DNA of 63,609 nucleotides, filler included, from Dugesia japonica (Eukaryota): NCBI GenBank assembly GCA_001938525.1. It is 6 parts of 6 records of this genome, joined end to end, with 100 filler letters (N's around TTAATTAATTAA, not from the genome) between each part and the next. Parts side by side here need not be neighbours in the genome. Positions count along the whole stretch, not along the records: positions 29,650 to 41,998 come from MQRL01271644.1; positions 42,099 to 51,975 come from MQRL01276016.1; 4 more parts are not named here. One strand, 5' to 3'. Shown piece by piece: positions 38,701 to 51,480 of this stretch (position 1 is its first letter; each line of letters starts with the position of its first letter). The notes under the pieces were generated by a model. It saw only the letters and a program-made list of their open reading frames with translations, ran no database searches and was not told where the DNA came from. The position numbers and the translations under genes were made by a program.

Positions 38701-40362
38701 GTATCTTGAAAATCGCAAATCTCTTATCAAATTCTTGTGTAATAGTTTTGAGCTCCATGATAATTTCTGTGTTTAATTTTTTTATTGTTAAAAGGTTATT
38801 CCTTCGGTATTCATTCTTTTTCAAATTTTCCCATAAAACTTTGGCTTCCTCTTATAGCAATATATCGAAAATTCCCATTAAAGTCAAATAATTTAAATTG
38901 AGCCATTCTTCGATTTATTTCAGCCATATGGAAGCTTCTGACTCGTTTTTCCATTAAACTTTTTTATATGAAAATTAAATAACTCCCGTCTTCTTAGGTA
39001 AGACTACTAAAATTAAGTTCCTTTGTAGTTGATGTGTCACGACATTAACATTTTTGGTGTAGTTGCCAGTTACGTTATTTTCAAAAAAATTTAAATAAAT
39101 TCCAATTTTTTATTAAAATTAACATTACACAATTTCTGACAATATTTAAACAAATCACTGTAACTCAAATCTTTTTAAAGAATGAGACGTTGTAAAAATA
39201 AGGATTTAAACTTTAAAGGACAAACGTAAAATGTAGACAGGAATACCAGGATGTGTAAAATAATTTGTGAGATAAAACTAGTTTTCTATGTTAACATACT
39301 ATTATTAACACGAAAGGCAAAAATAAACGCCTTTGGAATTTTGGCAGAAAGAAAAAAATTACAAAATGACAATAAATTGAAATTTAGATGCAAACCTAGC
39401 ATTTTCTTTTCCCCCATTTCACGATAAAAGCTTAAAACAAAATTTGAATGAAAAAATTCGACAAGCAAAATATTGTGTTTAACTAGTTAATGAAAATTGT
39501 CATGAATGAACCATAACGAAATAAGTTTCAAATAGATGTGAAGAAAATATTTCCAGAAATTAAGGTGGATTAGAATCTGCAGTAAAACATGAAATTGGTA
39601 ACCAATTCTAACCGACTTGATAACGTATCGATTGAAACAAAAAGGTTTTAAAAAATTTAAAAATATATTATTAATATCCGTCATATTATTAAGTTACATT
39701 ACTTAATGAATTTTTATTTTAATCTTTTAATAAAGTTTTACCAATTATTTGTTTATATTTAAGAACCATAGCTGACAGATTTTCTCCTTTTATGACCATG
39801 ATCATTTAATAGTAATATAATATAAATTGATCTTCATTAACTGCATTGTATGTTAAATTTTTAAATAATGCGGAATAGTATTCGGTGAAAATAAATCCAT
39901 AATTATTTATGTTACCATGCAACGTAACAAATTTATTTTATAATTACAATTATTGTGAGAATAATTGTTGGACTTAACCTTTGATCGCATTTGAGATTTC
40001 ATTAAAATAAATAAAAGCTTCGATCAAAATAAAATGCATTTGTAAAAAGGAACAAATTTATTATTTTACTCGATATCTTCATAAAATTTCAATTTTACAT
40101 TGTAAAAATTTTTTTTATTTAAGGTTGAAATTTGCCGAGATCGACTGACAGAATTGGAATTTAAAGTCGAAAATCCAGATATTGAAAAACGAATAAGAAT
40201 TCTAGATGGCGAAGATCTAATTCCCATAAATCTCCAATATAAATATGAAGAATTACATATAAAATTGACTAATAAAGAAGAATGTTTCTTGGAAAAAGAG
40301 TTACTATTGGAAGCTGTTACCAGACTTGTTAATGAAATACAAAACAAAGTACAATTAACGAA
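32796..40362 (+). CDS. CCDC146: Coiled-coil domain-containing protein 146 (ciliary/flagellar), internal exons only
   Basis: In-phase exons 32796-33044, 33090-33281, 33324-33506, 40124-~40362. Peptides FAKLYNVIQMERNKC, LSNEIEILR, RNDRAVQLIERNEELCILQEK, RIRILDGEDL and KEECFLEKE follow the CCDC146 order as I recall it. Confidence 0.82.
34060..34872 (-). pseudogene. pPolB C-terminal fragment inside CCDC146 intron
   Basis: DFYKLLNNELYGKTVENLKKR (motif B), LKRPS..GQIVLDLS, decayed motif C (WDMDSFF), EWVFLRPKYYSL. Confidence 0.85.
35450..35800 (-). pseudogene. Gypsy gag-end/aspartic protease remnant
   Basis: VEVNKIKLEIR*HSGVSITVMSEEYWMKVVKPSL resembles the retropepsin D[ST]G region. Confidence 0.5.
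36181..38279 (+). mobile_element. hAT transposon (deleted derivative) with 8-bp TSD
   Basis: CATTGAAA at 36173-36180 and 38280-38287; degenerate TIR AGGTGGCGTAG / CAACATCACTA; LRIILTI..ANFERSI*KLKLIKNHLKSTM dimerisation motif at ~37790-37895. Confidence 0.85.
38600..38990 (-). pseudogene. Possible LTR-retrotransposon gag N-terminus
   Basis: KKFNGKNESEASIWLK*IEEWLN resembles the gag F.G..A..WL...E pattern. Confidence 0.4.
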
Positions 40363-41147
40363 GTAATATATTACTACTATACATATATGAAATAAAGAAA
40401 TAAGAGCAAAGTAGAATATGTAATTAAATTTTAAATGAATTAAATAATGATTGATGCACTTATATTCTCTTTATATATTCTGTCGAAGTTTGCTAATGAA
40501 AAGAGAAATGTATCTTTTACATGTGTTAGCGATTTAACAGGTTCACATTTCTCATATTCAATATCTTTACCAACTTTAATTATCCCTTCACCTCACAAGT
40601 AACATATAAATGAGCAAATTAATTGCCTCTGGCTACGTGTTTCTAACATTTTTTAATATTAAAGGCATTTTTGAATCTTTTGAATTTATTTTATGCATTT
40701 CATTATTTTCTTAGTTAATGCTTAATTTGCACCACTAAAATATTCAACATTATTTTCAAATAGTTACATGTATTGGCAAGACTGCATCTAATTACATCTC
40801 AATTATCGAATATCACTTCTCAATCATGTTATTATCGGGGTTTGGCTAAAGAAACTAAAACTATGGAATCTTTCTCATTTGGTGTCTTTTAAAAATTTCC
40901 TTTCGATTTTGTTGATTGTCTTCAATGTGATTAATAGCAATTGATTATCACAAATTATAATAATACAAGACTTTAATTGTCACTTAGCTTTAAAATGATA
41001 AAATGAACTGCAAAAAACATAAACTAGATTTGAAAAGTAGAAACAAGTCGTTTAGAGTACTTGTATACTTTTTGACTTCTAAAATATAATGTCTTACTAT
41101 TTTATTAATGCTCATTTAAATATTTCTGAGTAAATAAACTTTAAATA

Positions 41148-41998
41148 TTAGGTTGATAAAAAAATAATTGTGGTTTTTAAAATACATTTCTACCAACAAG
41201 AAATAAGTTTATTTATGCCAATAGAATAGATATCCGCTGTCCTGGATTCGACAAACTCGAGGAAGGCATTTTTAACATCGTTGTCGTTATGGAAGACTTT
41301 CTCTTGAAGAAAATTGGAAGGATGATAAAAAATGATAGTCGGTTGGCGTCAGGTCCGGGTAGTATGGTGGATGAGGCAGACTTTCAAATCCTAAATCATT
41401 TAGTTTTTGCAGGGATAGTTTTGCGACGTGTGGACGGGAATTGTCGTGAAGAATAATGAAATGTTTGATGTTAACTAATGCAGCGCACATAGATTTTAAT
41501 TTGCGGTGCATTTCGTCAAAGTTTGGCCGTATTTTTCTGCTGTCATAGTTTCACCTTGATTTAAAAAGTTTCAATGAACCAGACAAGCTGTGGACCATCA
41601 AACCCTCACTATTGTCTTCTTTTGATGCAATTTTGGCTTTGGAAATTGATATGGTGCTTCACCTTTGTCCAATCATTGCGATGCGCGCTTTCTATTGTCG
41701 TATACAATCGCAAAATCACAAAGCAATCAAGAAATGGATTGTTTTTATTTCTAAACAGATTCGCCGAGCAGATCTCGTAACTACGGTTTTTCTAAAAAAT
41801 GTTCAATTCATGCGGAACCCTTTATCGAGCTTCCTTACTTTTCCAAGTTGATGGAGGTGATATAAAGCTGTTACATGACTTATACCTAAATTCTTCCCAA
41901 GCTCCCGAGTAGTTGTGTGTCAATCTGCTTCCATCATTACCTTTAAATCATTCTTGCTAACTTCTGATGGACTTACCCGACCATCGCAATCTTCAAGG
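41148..41998 (-). mobile_element. mariner transposon 3' part (decayed DD34D transposase)
   Basis: ILHDNSRPHV...LPHPPYYPDLTPTDYHF (HDNARPH, YSPDLAP); TA then TTAGGTTGATAAAAAAATAATTGTGGTTTT terminus at 41148; truncated by scaffold end. Confidence 0.92.
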
Positions 41999-42098
41999 NN
42001 NNNNNNNNNNNNNNNNNNNNNNNNNNNNNNNNNNNNNNNNNNTTAATTAATTAANNNNNNNNNNNNNNNNNNNNNNNNNNNNNNNNNNNNNNNNNNNN
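41999..42098. other. Artificial scaffold spacer
   Basis: N44, TTAATTAATTAA (42043-42054), N44. Confidence 0.97.
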
Positions 42099-42259
42099 TT
42101 TTTTTGAACTAAAAAATTTTTTTAAAAACTTTCTTTCAAAGTCGTATCAGGACATTTAATTAATATATTTAATTAATATTATTAATATTATATTAAATTA
42201 AATTAATTAATTGAATTAACAGATTCTAATAAATCAAAATCTGTTTTAATAGATAATTA

Positions 42260-42570
42260 AAATTACTGGATATGTAAGAAAGTAAAAAGAGCAGTTAAAA
42301 ATGAAGAAGCTAAAGAAGGAGAAATATTACCATTACTAGCATTAATTCCTGAAATAATTGCTGGATTATAGGGCGCTGGTGGTATTGCTGCAGGAGTAGC
42401 AACAGCTGTTTTTAAAGCAATATAAGCTTCAAAGTTAGGCGTAGAAAGACAAAAGGTAGAAAAAGAATTAAAACAATTAAAAAAGTAGGAAATAAAACTA
42501 CTCAACCATTTAAAGGCAAATGCATCGTAGAAAGTTACAAAGGTAACGGTATTTATTTAAATCCTTATTA
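42260..42570 (+). pseudogene. Small Gly/Ala-rich core protein (pX-like) of Maverick/adintovirus
   Basis: KEGEILPLLALIPEIIAGL*GAGGIAAGVATAV resembles the GG.LP.L...G..GG amphipathic segment; GNGIYLNPY later. Confidence 0.55.
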
Positions 42571-43699
42571 GAAAAAAGGTGTATATAATTTTATAAAGAA
42601 TTTAATTATTCAATCAAACTTACCTGATTCAGTAAAATCATTAATAAATGAAACAAGTAAAAAATTAAAATTAATAGGTATTGTTAAAATAAAATAATCA
42701 AAGCATGGTTTAGAAATATACATGAAACCTTACTGAACCTTTGGTTCCACACACACAATAAGTGCGTTATTAAACAATTATTTTATATTTAAAAAATGTA
42801 TGAAGATACAATTACTTTATTAAAACATTCGATCAAAGAACAAGATAAATATAATAATAAAGAATTATCTGAAAAAACAGAATCAACAATTTAAATGATG
42901 TTTTAACTCAACAACAAACACCGACATTAAAAGATTTAGAAAGAATAAATAAAGCATTATTAACAAAACAACTAGCTTTACTTGAAAATACCAAGCAAAC
43001 TAAAATAGCTATTAAAGATTAGAAAGAAGATCAACAACAAGAACCACCATTAATTGGTTTTGATAATTATGAACCAATTGATATGAATCAAGATATTAAT
43101 ACTTTTACAATAACAGCAACAATTTGTCCTGTATTCACTGTTCAAACTTTAAATAATGTTAACTACAGAATTATAACTATTAATGATCATTCTTTTATGC
43201 TTTATAAAATAAATGTTAACGCGTTATATATATTCTAAAACACATAATTTAGAAATTCAATTTATAAATGATTTAGAAAACTTCATTCTATGCAAAAACT
43301 TAAGTAATTAAGATGAAATTAAAAATATTTAAATTTAATATTTTTATGTAAATCAANNNNNNNNNNNNNNNNNNNNNNNNNNNNNNNNNNNATTAATATT
43401 AATATTAATATATTAATATTAAAAGTTTAAAATAATATGCTTTATCTAACGACCTACTAATAATTCAAGAAGGAAAGGTACAGATGAATGTCTTAGGGCA
43501 AAGACCAATAATATGTAATCTCAACTCAATTAGTGATGAAGAAGATGATGAAAATCAGAATTATATAAATTATTTGCTGCACGAAAAGCCGAGCATAATA
43601 ATGTTGGTCAAGAAATTAAAAAAATTCTTATTAAATTAAGAATTAATCATTTTATTTCATTAGATAAGTATAATTATTTTTTGAAGAAAATAAAATAAA

Positions 43700-44403
43700 A
43701 TGGAAAAGCTAATTAATTTAATGAGCTCGAAATTCTTAAAAACTATATCAGCACAATCAAAAACATCTGAATTTAAAATTTATTTCCATACACCTTTAGA
43801 ATTAAATAAAGACTTTAATTATGAATTAGGATTATTATGGTTTAGTTGTTATAATACTATTTTTAATATTAATAATTCAAATAATAAATTTCAATTAAAT
43901 GATAAAGCAGTTGTGAATAATCCTGGTGCTTATGAAATTAATGAATTAAATTAAAAGCCTCAGTTATTTAAAATAGAAATTAAAGCTGATTTATCTACAT
44001 CTAAATGTGAATTAACTATTCCAAAANATCAAATATTACTTATTGAAAACACATCTTTCTTTCATACAATTCTAGAATTTAATCCAGGTGTTTATAATAA
44101 AGAAAGGAAATATACAAGTACTAATATTATTGAAATAATAAATATTACAACGATAAATAATACTTGTGATTTAATTAAAGGTAGTTATTTTAACGGTAAA
44201 GAAGAAAATTTTTTATATTCTTTTCCTAAACACTGTACCTTTTGGATATAAATTTGTTGAAAGAATGTCTAATCCTATTTATATTCCTATAGCTAAAAAT
44301 TTAACGGAATCAATAAAGATTTCAGTTGTTGATGAATATAATAATTTAATAGATTTTAACGCTGAAACCATTGGTATATATTTACATTTAAAACAGGTTT
44401 TAA
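43700..44403 (+). pseudogene. Minor capsid protein (penton) of Maverick/adintovirus
   Basis: FHTPLELN..YELGL..YNTIFNI..NNKF..PGAYEINELN, TCDLIKGSYFNG..LYSFP, PFGYKFVE..NPIYIPI, VVDEYNNLIDFNAETI..LHLK. Confidence 0.8.
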
Positions 44404-44409
44404 ACAAGT

Positions 44410-44862
44410 TTTAAATATTCCTAGTGATTTACTTTTCAATACTTGATTTCTTAAAAACATTTGGTATTAATACTAAACAAATTTTGATTTAAAATAATAT
44501 TCTATTCAATAAAATTTACCTGTTAAAATATTAATGAACGATGAGCTTTATAAATTAAAGACAATTAAGAAACAGCGTAATTATTAATTATCAAAGCTCA
44601 AATAAAAACGAATCACATTGTGGTTTGTTTTAAGGACCGATTAATATATTTTGATTCATATGGTATTAAACCTACGGATGAAGTAGAAGCTTTTTTAAAT
44701 AAAGATTATTTTGATAACAAAATACTAGTACAACCAAACGATACAAATATTTGTGGTATATTATTTCTTTATGTTTTATATATGTTAAACAATACAAATA
44801 TTTCTTTTGATAAAATGATTGATTCTATTTACTTAGATTTAGAAAAACTTTTGAATAAATAA
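44410..44862 (+). pseudogene. Adenain-type cysteine protease
   Basis: SH (frameshifted) ..IYFDSYG.KP...VQPNDTNICG: His, Asp, Gln, Cys order of adenain. Confidence 0.8.
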
Positions 44863-46341
44863 ATTACTATGTAATTTATCACAAATAAAAAAGAGTACTT
44901 TTATATCTACAAGCAAATTTGTTTCAACTATTCAATCAAGTGATTTTAATTAAGTAGATGTAATTAAACATACTGAAGCTAAATAAGCTTAACTTTTAGA
45001 ACACATGTTAAATAAAAAAATTACTAGTGAGAAAAATAATCTTGATAAAGTTTATGTAAATGAATAGGAGATAAAAAAGAAAACTAGAAGTTATTCAAGA
45101 ACCTAAAACTGATAATGATGTTGTAAATAATAAATATTTAAAGAAATGTACTGAACAAATTAAAAGGGATATTCTTCGTGATACAGTTAATACAACACAG
45201 TTTAGAATACATACATTTATTACTAGAGTGAATGAAATGATTGAAACTAAACTATCAAAATTCAAAACTAAATTAGATAAAAAAATTAAAGATCTAATAT
45301 ATAAAGAAGTGAAATCCAAGCTTTGCTCTAGCCTAATTGCCGCTTTAAAAGATATAATAAAACAAGTCAAATTAAAATCAAATGATAATGTTACTCAAGT
45401 TGCATTTACAAGTTACAATTCACAGCCCTAAAAAGTCTTCAAACAGAGTTTAGCAATAAATTAAATAATAATGATTCGCGATTACTTTTCTTTAAAAATT
45501 TATATATTAATACTTTAAATGATGATTTATTATTTAAAATAATAGAATGAGGTAATTTGAAAAAGCAAATAATTTAAAAATAAGGTTTTGGTTATCACCT
45601 TATTTTCCTTATGGTTTAGATAATATAAATGTTGATTTTAATTATGAAGATTTAAGTTGTAATGGATTTACTGCAAAAGGTATACCTGATTTAAGATTTA
45701 AAAATAAACCAGATGGAAAAACGTATTTTATTAGTCGGATTAAATGTTTTTATTTAAATAAAGGTGATCAATTTATTTCTTATTATGAATTAAAAATGCT
45801 TTGTTTTTATTATTCTTTTTAATAGAGAATGTTATTCTGATTCAGAAGCTGTGTTTATAAGAAGTCATTAAGAGAGTAAAACGACAAATCAAATCACAAC
45901 AACACCAAATAACGCCTTAAAATATCCAAATATATTAGGCGAATACGAAGATTATAAAAACTATGATACTTGGATTATAAAGAAATACATAAAGATAAAA
46001 AAGAAAATTTATCTTTCTTTAATTCACCTAAAACTTCACAATTTATTATATATAGAAAAGAATGGAAATCGAATTATTCTTAATCAAAATAATCAGCAAA
46101 ATATACAGACCGTAACTATAAATAGAAATTTCGAATTTGGTAAACTAGTTTTAGGAGATAAAAATACGAGTGGATTTATTTATGAATGTTTATGCTATGA
46201 AACTAGTGGTAGTAAAACAAATAATGATACTCTATTACAAGAATTAGTTCACACTTATACTACACAAACTAGAGTAGGTCGCAATGTTAATAATAATAAT
46301 AATAATGAAACAATTATAAAATCAAAATATTATAATTAAAA

Positions 46342-47073
46342 ATGGAGAAAGAATATGATCCCATTTATCCTGATATAAATGAAGTAGATAAAGATTTAGA
46401 TCAACCAGTTAGAACTGCATCTTTAGCTAATTATAAAGAAGCAACTTCGTTGACGAGGCAATATACCGTAAAACTTATAAGATTAAGAATTAAAGATTTT
46501 GAAAATGATTTAACATTCTTAACTGATAAAATATATCATTATAATAAATTATATGGAAGATGTAAAATGTTTGATACATGCGTAAGATATACCGATATTT
46601 TAATAGGAATTTTAATTGGCGCAGTAGGTATAACAATAACAGTTTTAGCTACAAGTGGTATAGTTATTTTAACTTTACCTGTTATTATAATTGGTGCATT
46701 TACTTTAGCTAATTCAATTGTTCATGGTGTATTAAACACCGGTTTAAATAAAAGAAGAAAGAAAAAATATATTGATTTAATTAAAGAATTAGATACTTGT
46801 AAAAATAAGTTATTTCTTTATCATCAGAAATGTTTGCATGATAATATATTAACTGATGAAGAAATAAGTACTAATCAAACCATTGTTAATGAAATCAAAA
46901 ATAAAATATTAAAGATTGAAACATACAGTATAGATAATAATAATAAAGAAACAGAAAAAGATAATACTTTTTTAATAACAAAGCTAAAGAAAATAGAAAC
47001 TATAATAAAACAACCTAAACCCAAATTAAGACAGACGAATGTCTTAGGGCAAAGCCAGCGAAAAGTAAATTAG
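46342..47073 (+). CDS. 243-aa two-TM membrane protein of the Maverick element
   Basis: Open ORF with AAAATGG context; ~47-aa hydrophobic hairpin followed by KRRKKK and KCLHDNILTDEEI. Confidence 0.7.
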   Translation: MEKEYDPIYPDINEVDKDLDQPVRTASLANYKEATSLTRQYTVKLIRLRIKDFENDLTFLTDKIYHYNKLYGRCKMFDTCVRYTDILIGILIGAVGITITVLATSGIVILTLPVIIIGAFTLANSIVHGVLNTGLNKRRKKKYIDLIKELDTCKNKLFLYHQKCLHDNILTDEEISTNQTIVNEIKNKILKIETYSIDNNNKETEKDNTFLITKLKKIETIIKQPKPKLRQTNVLGQSQRKVN

Positions 47074-48199
47074 AAATAGATTGTAATTATTTAAATTGTA
47101 TAAAGTTAAAAGTTAATTATAAAAATTAAATTAAATTAAATTATAAAAAATATGTCAAACGAAATTATTAATTATTTGGCTAATAGTAAAGAATTTAAAA
47201 AAGAAATTAAAGATGATTATATTGCTGTAAAGAATTTATCACATGCAAATAAAGTAGCATTAGCGCCCGAATTATTTATTAAATTAAAACAATATAAAGC
47301 AGCAGTAAAATTAGCTGGGCGGCAATTATTATTATCGATATTGAGAATGAAGTTTTAGTTCAACAACTTGAAATGTATGATAAATATGATCTAGAAGTAA
47401 TAGATAAAGCAATTAAATTAAAATAATTAGATAGATTTAATAAAGATGAAAATGCAAGATTAAAACGTAGATTATTTCAAACGATAGATCAATGTAAAAA
47501 TATAAGATAATACTAAACCAAATATTGAACAGAAAAATAAAATAATGTGATTTTTATCTCTCTTTTCTATAACATTAACCAATCTATTTAACTCATTGCA
47601 AATGTAACTTAAATGCGCCAATTTTATCTCCATTATTTGTTCATTTTTATTTATTTATAAATTTTCATGCGTTTGAGGTGTTAATCTATCTCATTAAAAA
47701 TTTCTTCATCTGTTTGTTTTCTTGTGTTTTTTTCGCTAATATTTGAATTTTTTATTGTTAGTGATTGTCCGCGGTTGATCGCGGTTGTTCGCGGACTGTT
47801 TGTAGTTTGATCGCGATCACTTTGATACAGGGCCAAAAAATGATAAGTCAGACATACAAGTTCTTTGCTAGTAAAATCAATTAAAATTTTTATATGTTCA
47901 AAATCAATAATTGAAGCATTAAGTATCACGATAAAATTAATTAAATCTTTATTATTTTGTGTTGAATATAAAGATTGTAATGAATATAAGGATGATTTTA
48001 AATATCGCAAATATTTATAGTAAGTTGTTCTTTTTATTTGAAAATCTGTTTCTAATATAAAACTTTTAACATTTTTGGTAAGCTTTTGAATAGTTTATTT
48101 TGTTGAAATACGAATATTGATGCAATAATATTATAAATTTCTATAAATGATTTTTTATTATTAGGAACAAGCATTTTTATAATTAAATTCCATTATAAA

Positions 48200-50495
48200 T
48201 AACCTCTATTGCAATATGGAATGTTAATTATATTATTGCAATAAAACCTTTTATCATCATAATTATTTAGATAATTTATTTCGTTTTACTGTATAAACAT
48301 TATGTAATGTTGATCTAATATTATAATTGATATTATATTTTAAATTACCATTCTTTATTGCATCTTTGTATTTATTCATATGTATTTCTTTATCAACAAC
48401 ACTTTTACTTGTTCCTTTATTTTTCTTTTTTTTGAAATTATCTTCATTTATAAAACAATAAGCTTTTGATTTTAAAGCACAAATTTATTTCATAAATTAC
48501 CTTCTAATTCATCTGTAAAATAACCAATTACTTTCTTATGCTTGGTTAAATCTTCAGGAGTTAAATCTTCATTCTCTACCAGTATTACTATCTATTTTAA
48601 TAATTTAATCGAATATTTCTTTTAATTTTTTTTCTTTTTATAAATCATTTGCTTTAATATTTGCATCCAAGCATCGGTATCTTAATATATTGGTGTAATA
48701 TCTAATTTGGGATTTAATTCTTCATAAAAAATTTTAAACATATGTCACTTTTTCAATATAACAAATCCAATATATATTGGTTTATTCATTTGTATTTGTT
48801 TCATTGTAAAGTGACAAGCGAATAGATTTTCATCAAATTGTTTTAAGCTTTTAAACGTGGGTTTAGAAGTTCTTTTTATAAATTTTTCTGGTGTATTAAC
48901 TAGTTCTATATTTTGTCTTAATCTTATATTATCCATTATTTTAACAAAAAAAACCGTTTTTCATTAATTTCCATAAGTCTTCTCAAATTCAGTTGTAGCA
49001 ACAGTTCTTTTTCTTGTATTATAATCTTTTAAATCTTTTAACCACGGTTTTTCTCTAAATGAAACTATTTCGTGTATCTTTGTTACAACCATTTCTCTTT
49101 GAATATATTATTCTAAATTTTTCCAATAAAAAACGTAATTTATTTTTGGATTTAAATCTAAAACTAATATTTCTGTCTCATCAAACTTTTGTTTTGATTA
49201 TTTTAATAAACTTATTTGATAATTCGATAATTCATTTATTTTTATCTTTCTTTTCTCTGGAGCCAATTGATATTTGCTGTTAGCTAATTTTGCCGCATCA
49301 TCTTTATATTGTAAATCTACTTTAAAAGTATAACCAAAATTAAACTTGTTATAATGTATTTCTTTTGGTTTATTAAACATAAATTTTAGTCCTTGCATTG
49401 AATTTCGGTTCCCGTAATCAATCACTTCTTTTGTGGCTTGTTCAAAATTACTATAAGGTAAAGGTTGACTCATTGAATGTCGTATAAATTACTTGCATCG
49501 ATATATAATAGAAAATTAGATTCTAAAGTCTCTTGAAGTTTATTTCTATTTTCCCCGTTTATTTTAAAATCATTTAATATATTTTGATATTCTATATTAT
49601 TTAATACTACAAAATCCTAGAAATCTTTTTTAGTATATTTATTATTTGCTTTAACATATCTATCTCCAAAAACAGACGAAACGCCTCCTCTTATTCTTCT
49701 TTCAGAGAATTCGAACAATTCTTATGTTTGTAATAAATTTAATGTAATTACTGTGTGTTTTAAACCTTTTTTCATGTTAAAGCAGAAGCTGAAACAAAAT
49801 ATTTTGNATCTAATTCATTTATAGGTCTAAATACTTGTATTGCGTCAGCCATAATATATGTCTACTTTGTTATATAAGATTGTGTATTCAAAGAAATGTT
49901 GACATCGAAAAATCTGATAAACATCTTTATATCTTTTATATTTATCTTCAGTTATTTCTTTTCTATTTAAAGTGGAATAAAACGATTCTATTGGACAAAA
50001 TATGCTATTTAAATCACGAAGTTTCATAATATTTTGCCGGATTATCAATCCACTCGTCTTAAAATTTTTCTTTTTCTTAATAAGTTCAAATAAAGCGTCG
50101 ATAGAAACTGATTCAAGAATTGCTGATTCTATATTTAATCCTCCACCTGCATTATTAGTTATTTCTGTATATATGGGTTGGGCTATAATATCATTTATCG
50201 TATTTTCTAAAGTTAATCTTACTACGTCAGGAGTTAATCTGGCTGATTCTTTTTTACAGAAATTATAAAATATTTTACTTTCTTCTTTTGATAATGTGTC
50301 AGATATTTTTTCTATTGTTGTTTGTAACATTCGACAACTATCTAGAAATTTTACTTTCCCATATGATATAGATATATAACTCTCTTCTGTTTTAGAAATT
50401 ATTTATTTGATCAGCATGGCCAAATAAAGCAGTTTGTTTGGCTAATTCTTTTATAATTAAATGAAAATAATATCTACTCCCATTGTGAAAATATA
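48200..50495 (-). pseudogene. pPolB of the Maverick element (5' truncated)
   Basis: FHNGSRY, KFLDSCRML, FYSTL, RGGVSSV..RYVKANNKY, LLYIDASNL, MSQPLPYSNF, LAPEK, NKPIYIGFVIL, KKVIGYFTDE, LKSKAYC, DDKR. Confidence 0.92.
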
Positions 50496-50499
50496 TGAG

Positions 50500-51480
50500 T
50501 AAAAATTAATTCAAACAAAAATGGCCTAATTTCAGGAATTTATCACAAAAATTTTAAATTATTTTAAACAAATTTAAAATTTAAACAAATTCAACGTTTT
50601 CCATGAATTTCGGAAAGAATTCATCCTAAACTGACCAATCCCGAGGAAATAATTGACTAAATCTTCCAAAAATTACCCAAACTGACAAATCAAGAGGACA
50701 AATTTGACCAAATTAACCTAAAACCGACCAAGTTTGCCCAGATTTAACCTAAATTAGCTAAACCGAGTAAATACTTGACTAAATTGTTAATAACTAACCC
50801 AAAATGAACAATCTGGAGCAAATATTTGACCAAATCACCTAAAACCGACTAAGTTTGCCCATATTTGACTTCACCGAGAAAACTTTCAACCAATTTTACC
50901 TAAATCATCCAAAAATTACCAATCCCGAGGAAAGATTTGACTAATTCACCCAAAAATTACCCAAACTGAGCAATCCAGAGGAAATATTGGACCGAATTTA
51001 TCTAAGCCAACTAAAAATTAATCTTATTCGACCTCACCGAGGAAACCTAGGACAAAAACCACCTAAAACCAATAAAAAATTACCCAAATTAATCAATCCT
51101 GAGGAAATATTAAATCAAATCGCCCAAAAATTACCTAAAACCGGCTAAATTCACAGGAGCCGACCAAAAATTGACCATATTAAACCTCATCGAGGAAATT
51201 TTGGACAAAAACCACCTAAAGCCAATAAATAAATTGACTTCATTCCGCCTCATCGAATAAATTTTCAACTAAATACACAGGAAAAATTGAACACAAGTTA
51301 ATCCTATTACGTAAAATTTCACCGATGAAATTAATCTAATGGCATAATTTGTGTGTAAAAAATTTCCCCATCTAAATACACAAGGAAAAGTAACACCAAA
51401 TTAAGTAATATTACCAAATGATGCAATTTAAGATGCAATTTTTAAATTCCCAACTAAATGCATCAGAAATAAATTTCATT
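50500..51480. repeat. Subterminal tandem repeats
   Basis: Repeated AAACTGACCAATCCCGAGGAAATA.TTGAC.AAAT.ACC.AAAA-like units between pPolB and the terminus. Confidence 0.75.

Noticed and set aside
39911-39923. X-box-like GTTACCATGCAAC in CCDC146 intron
   Set aside because: Imperfect, far from any promoter; chance match plausible.
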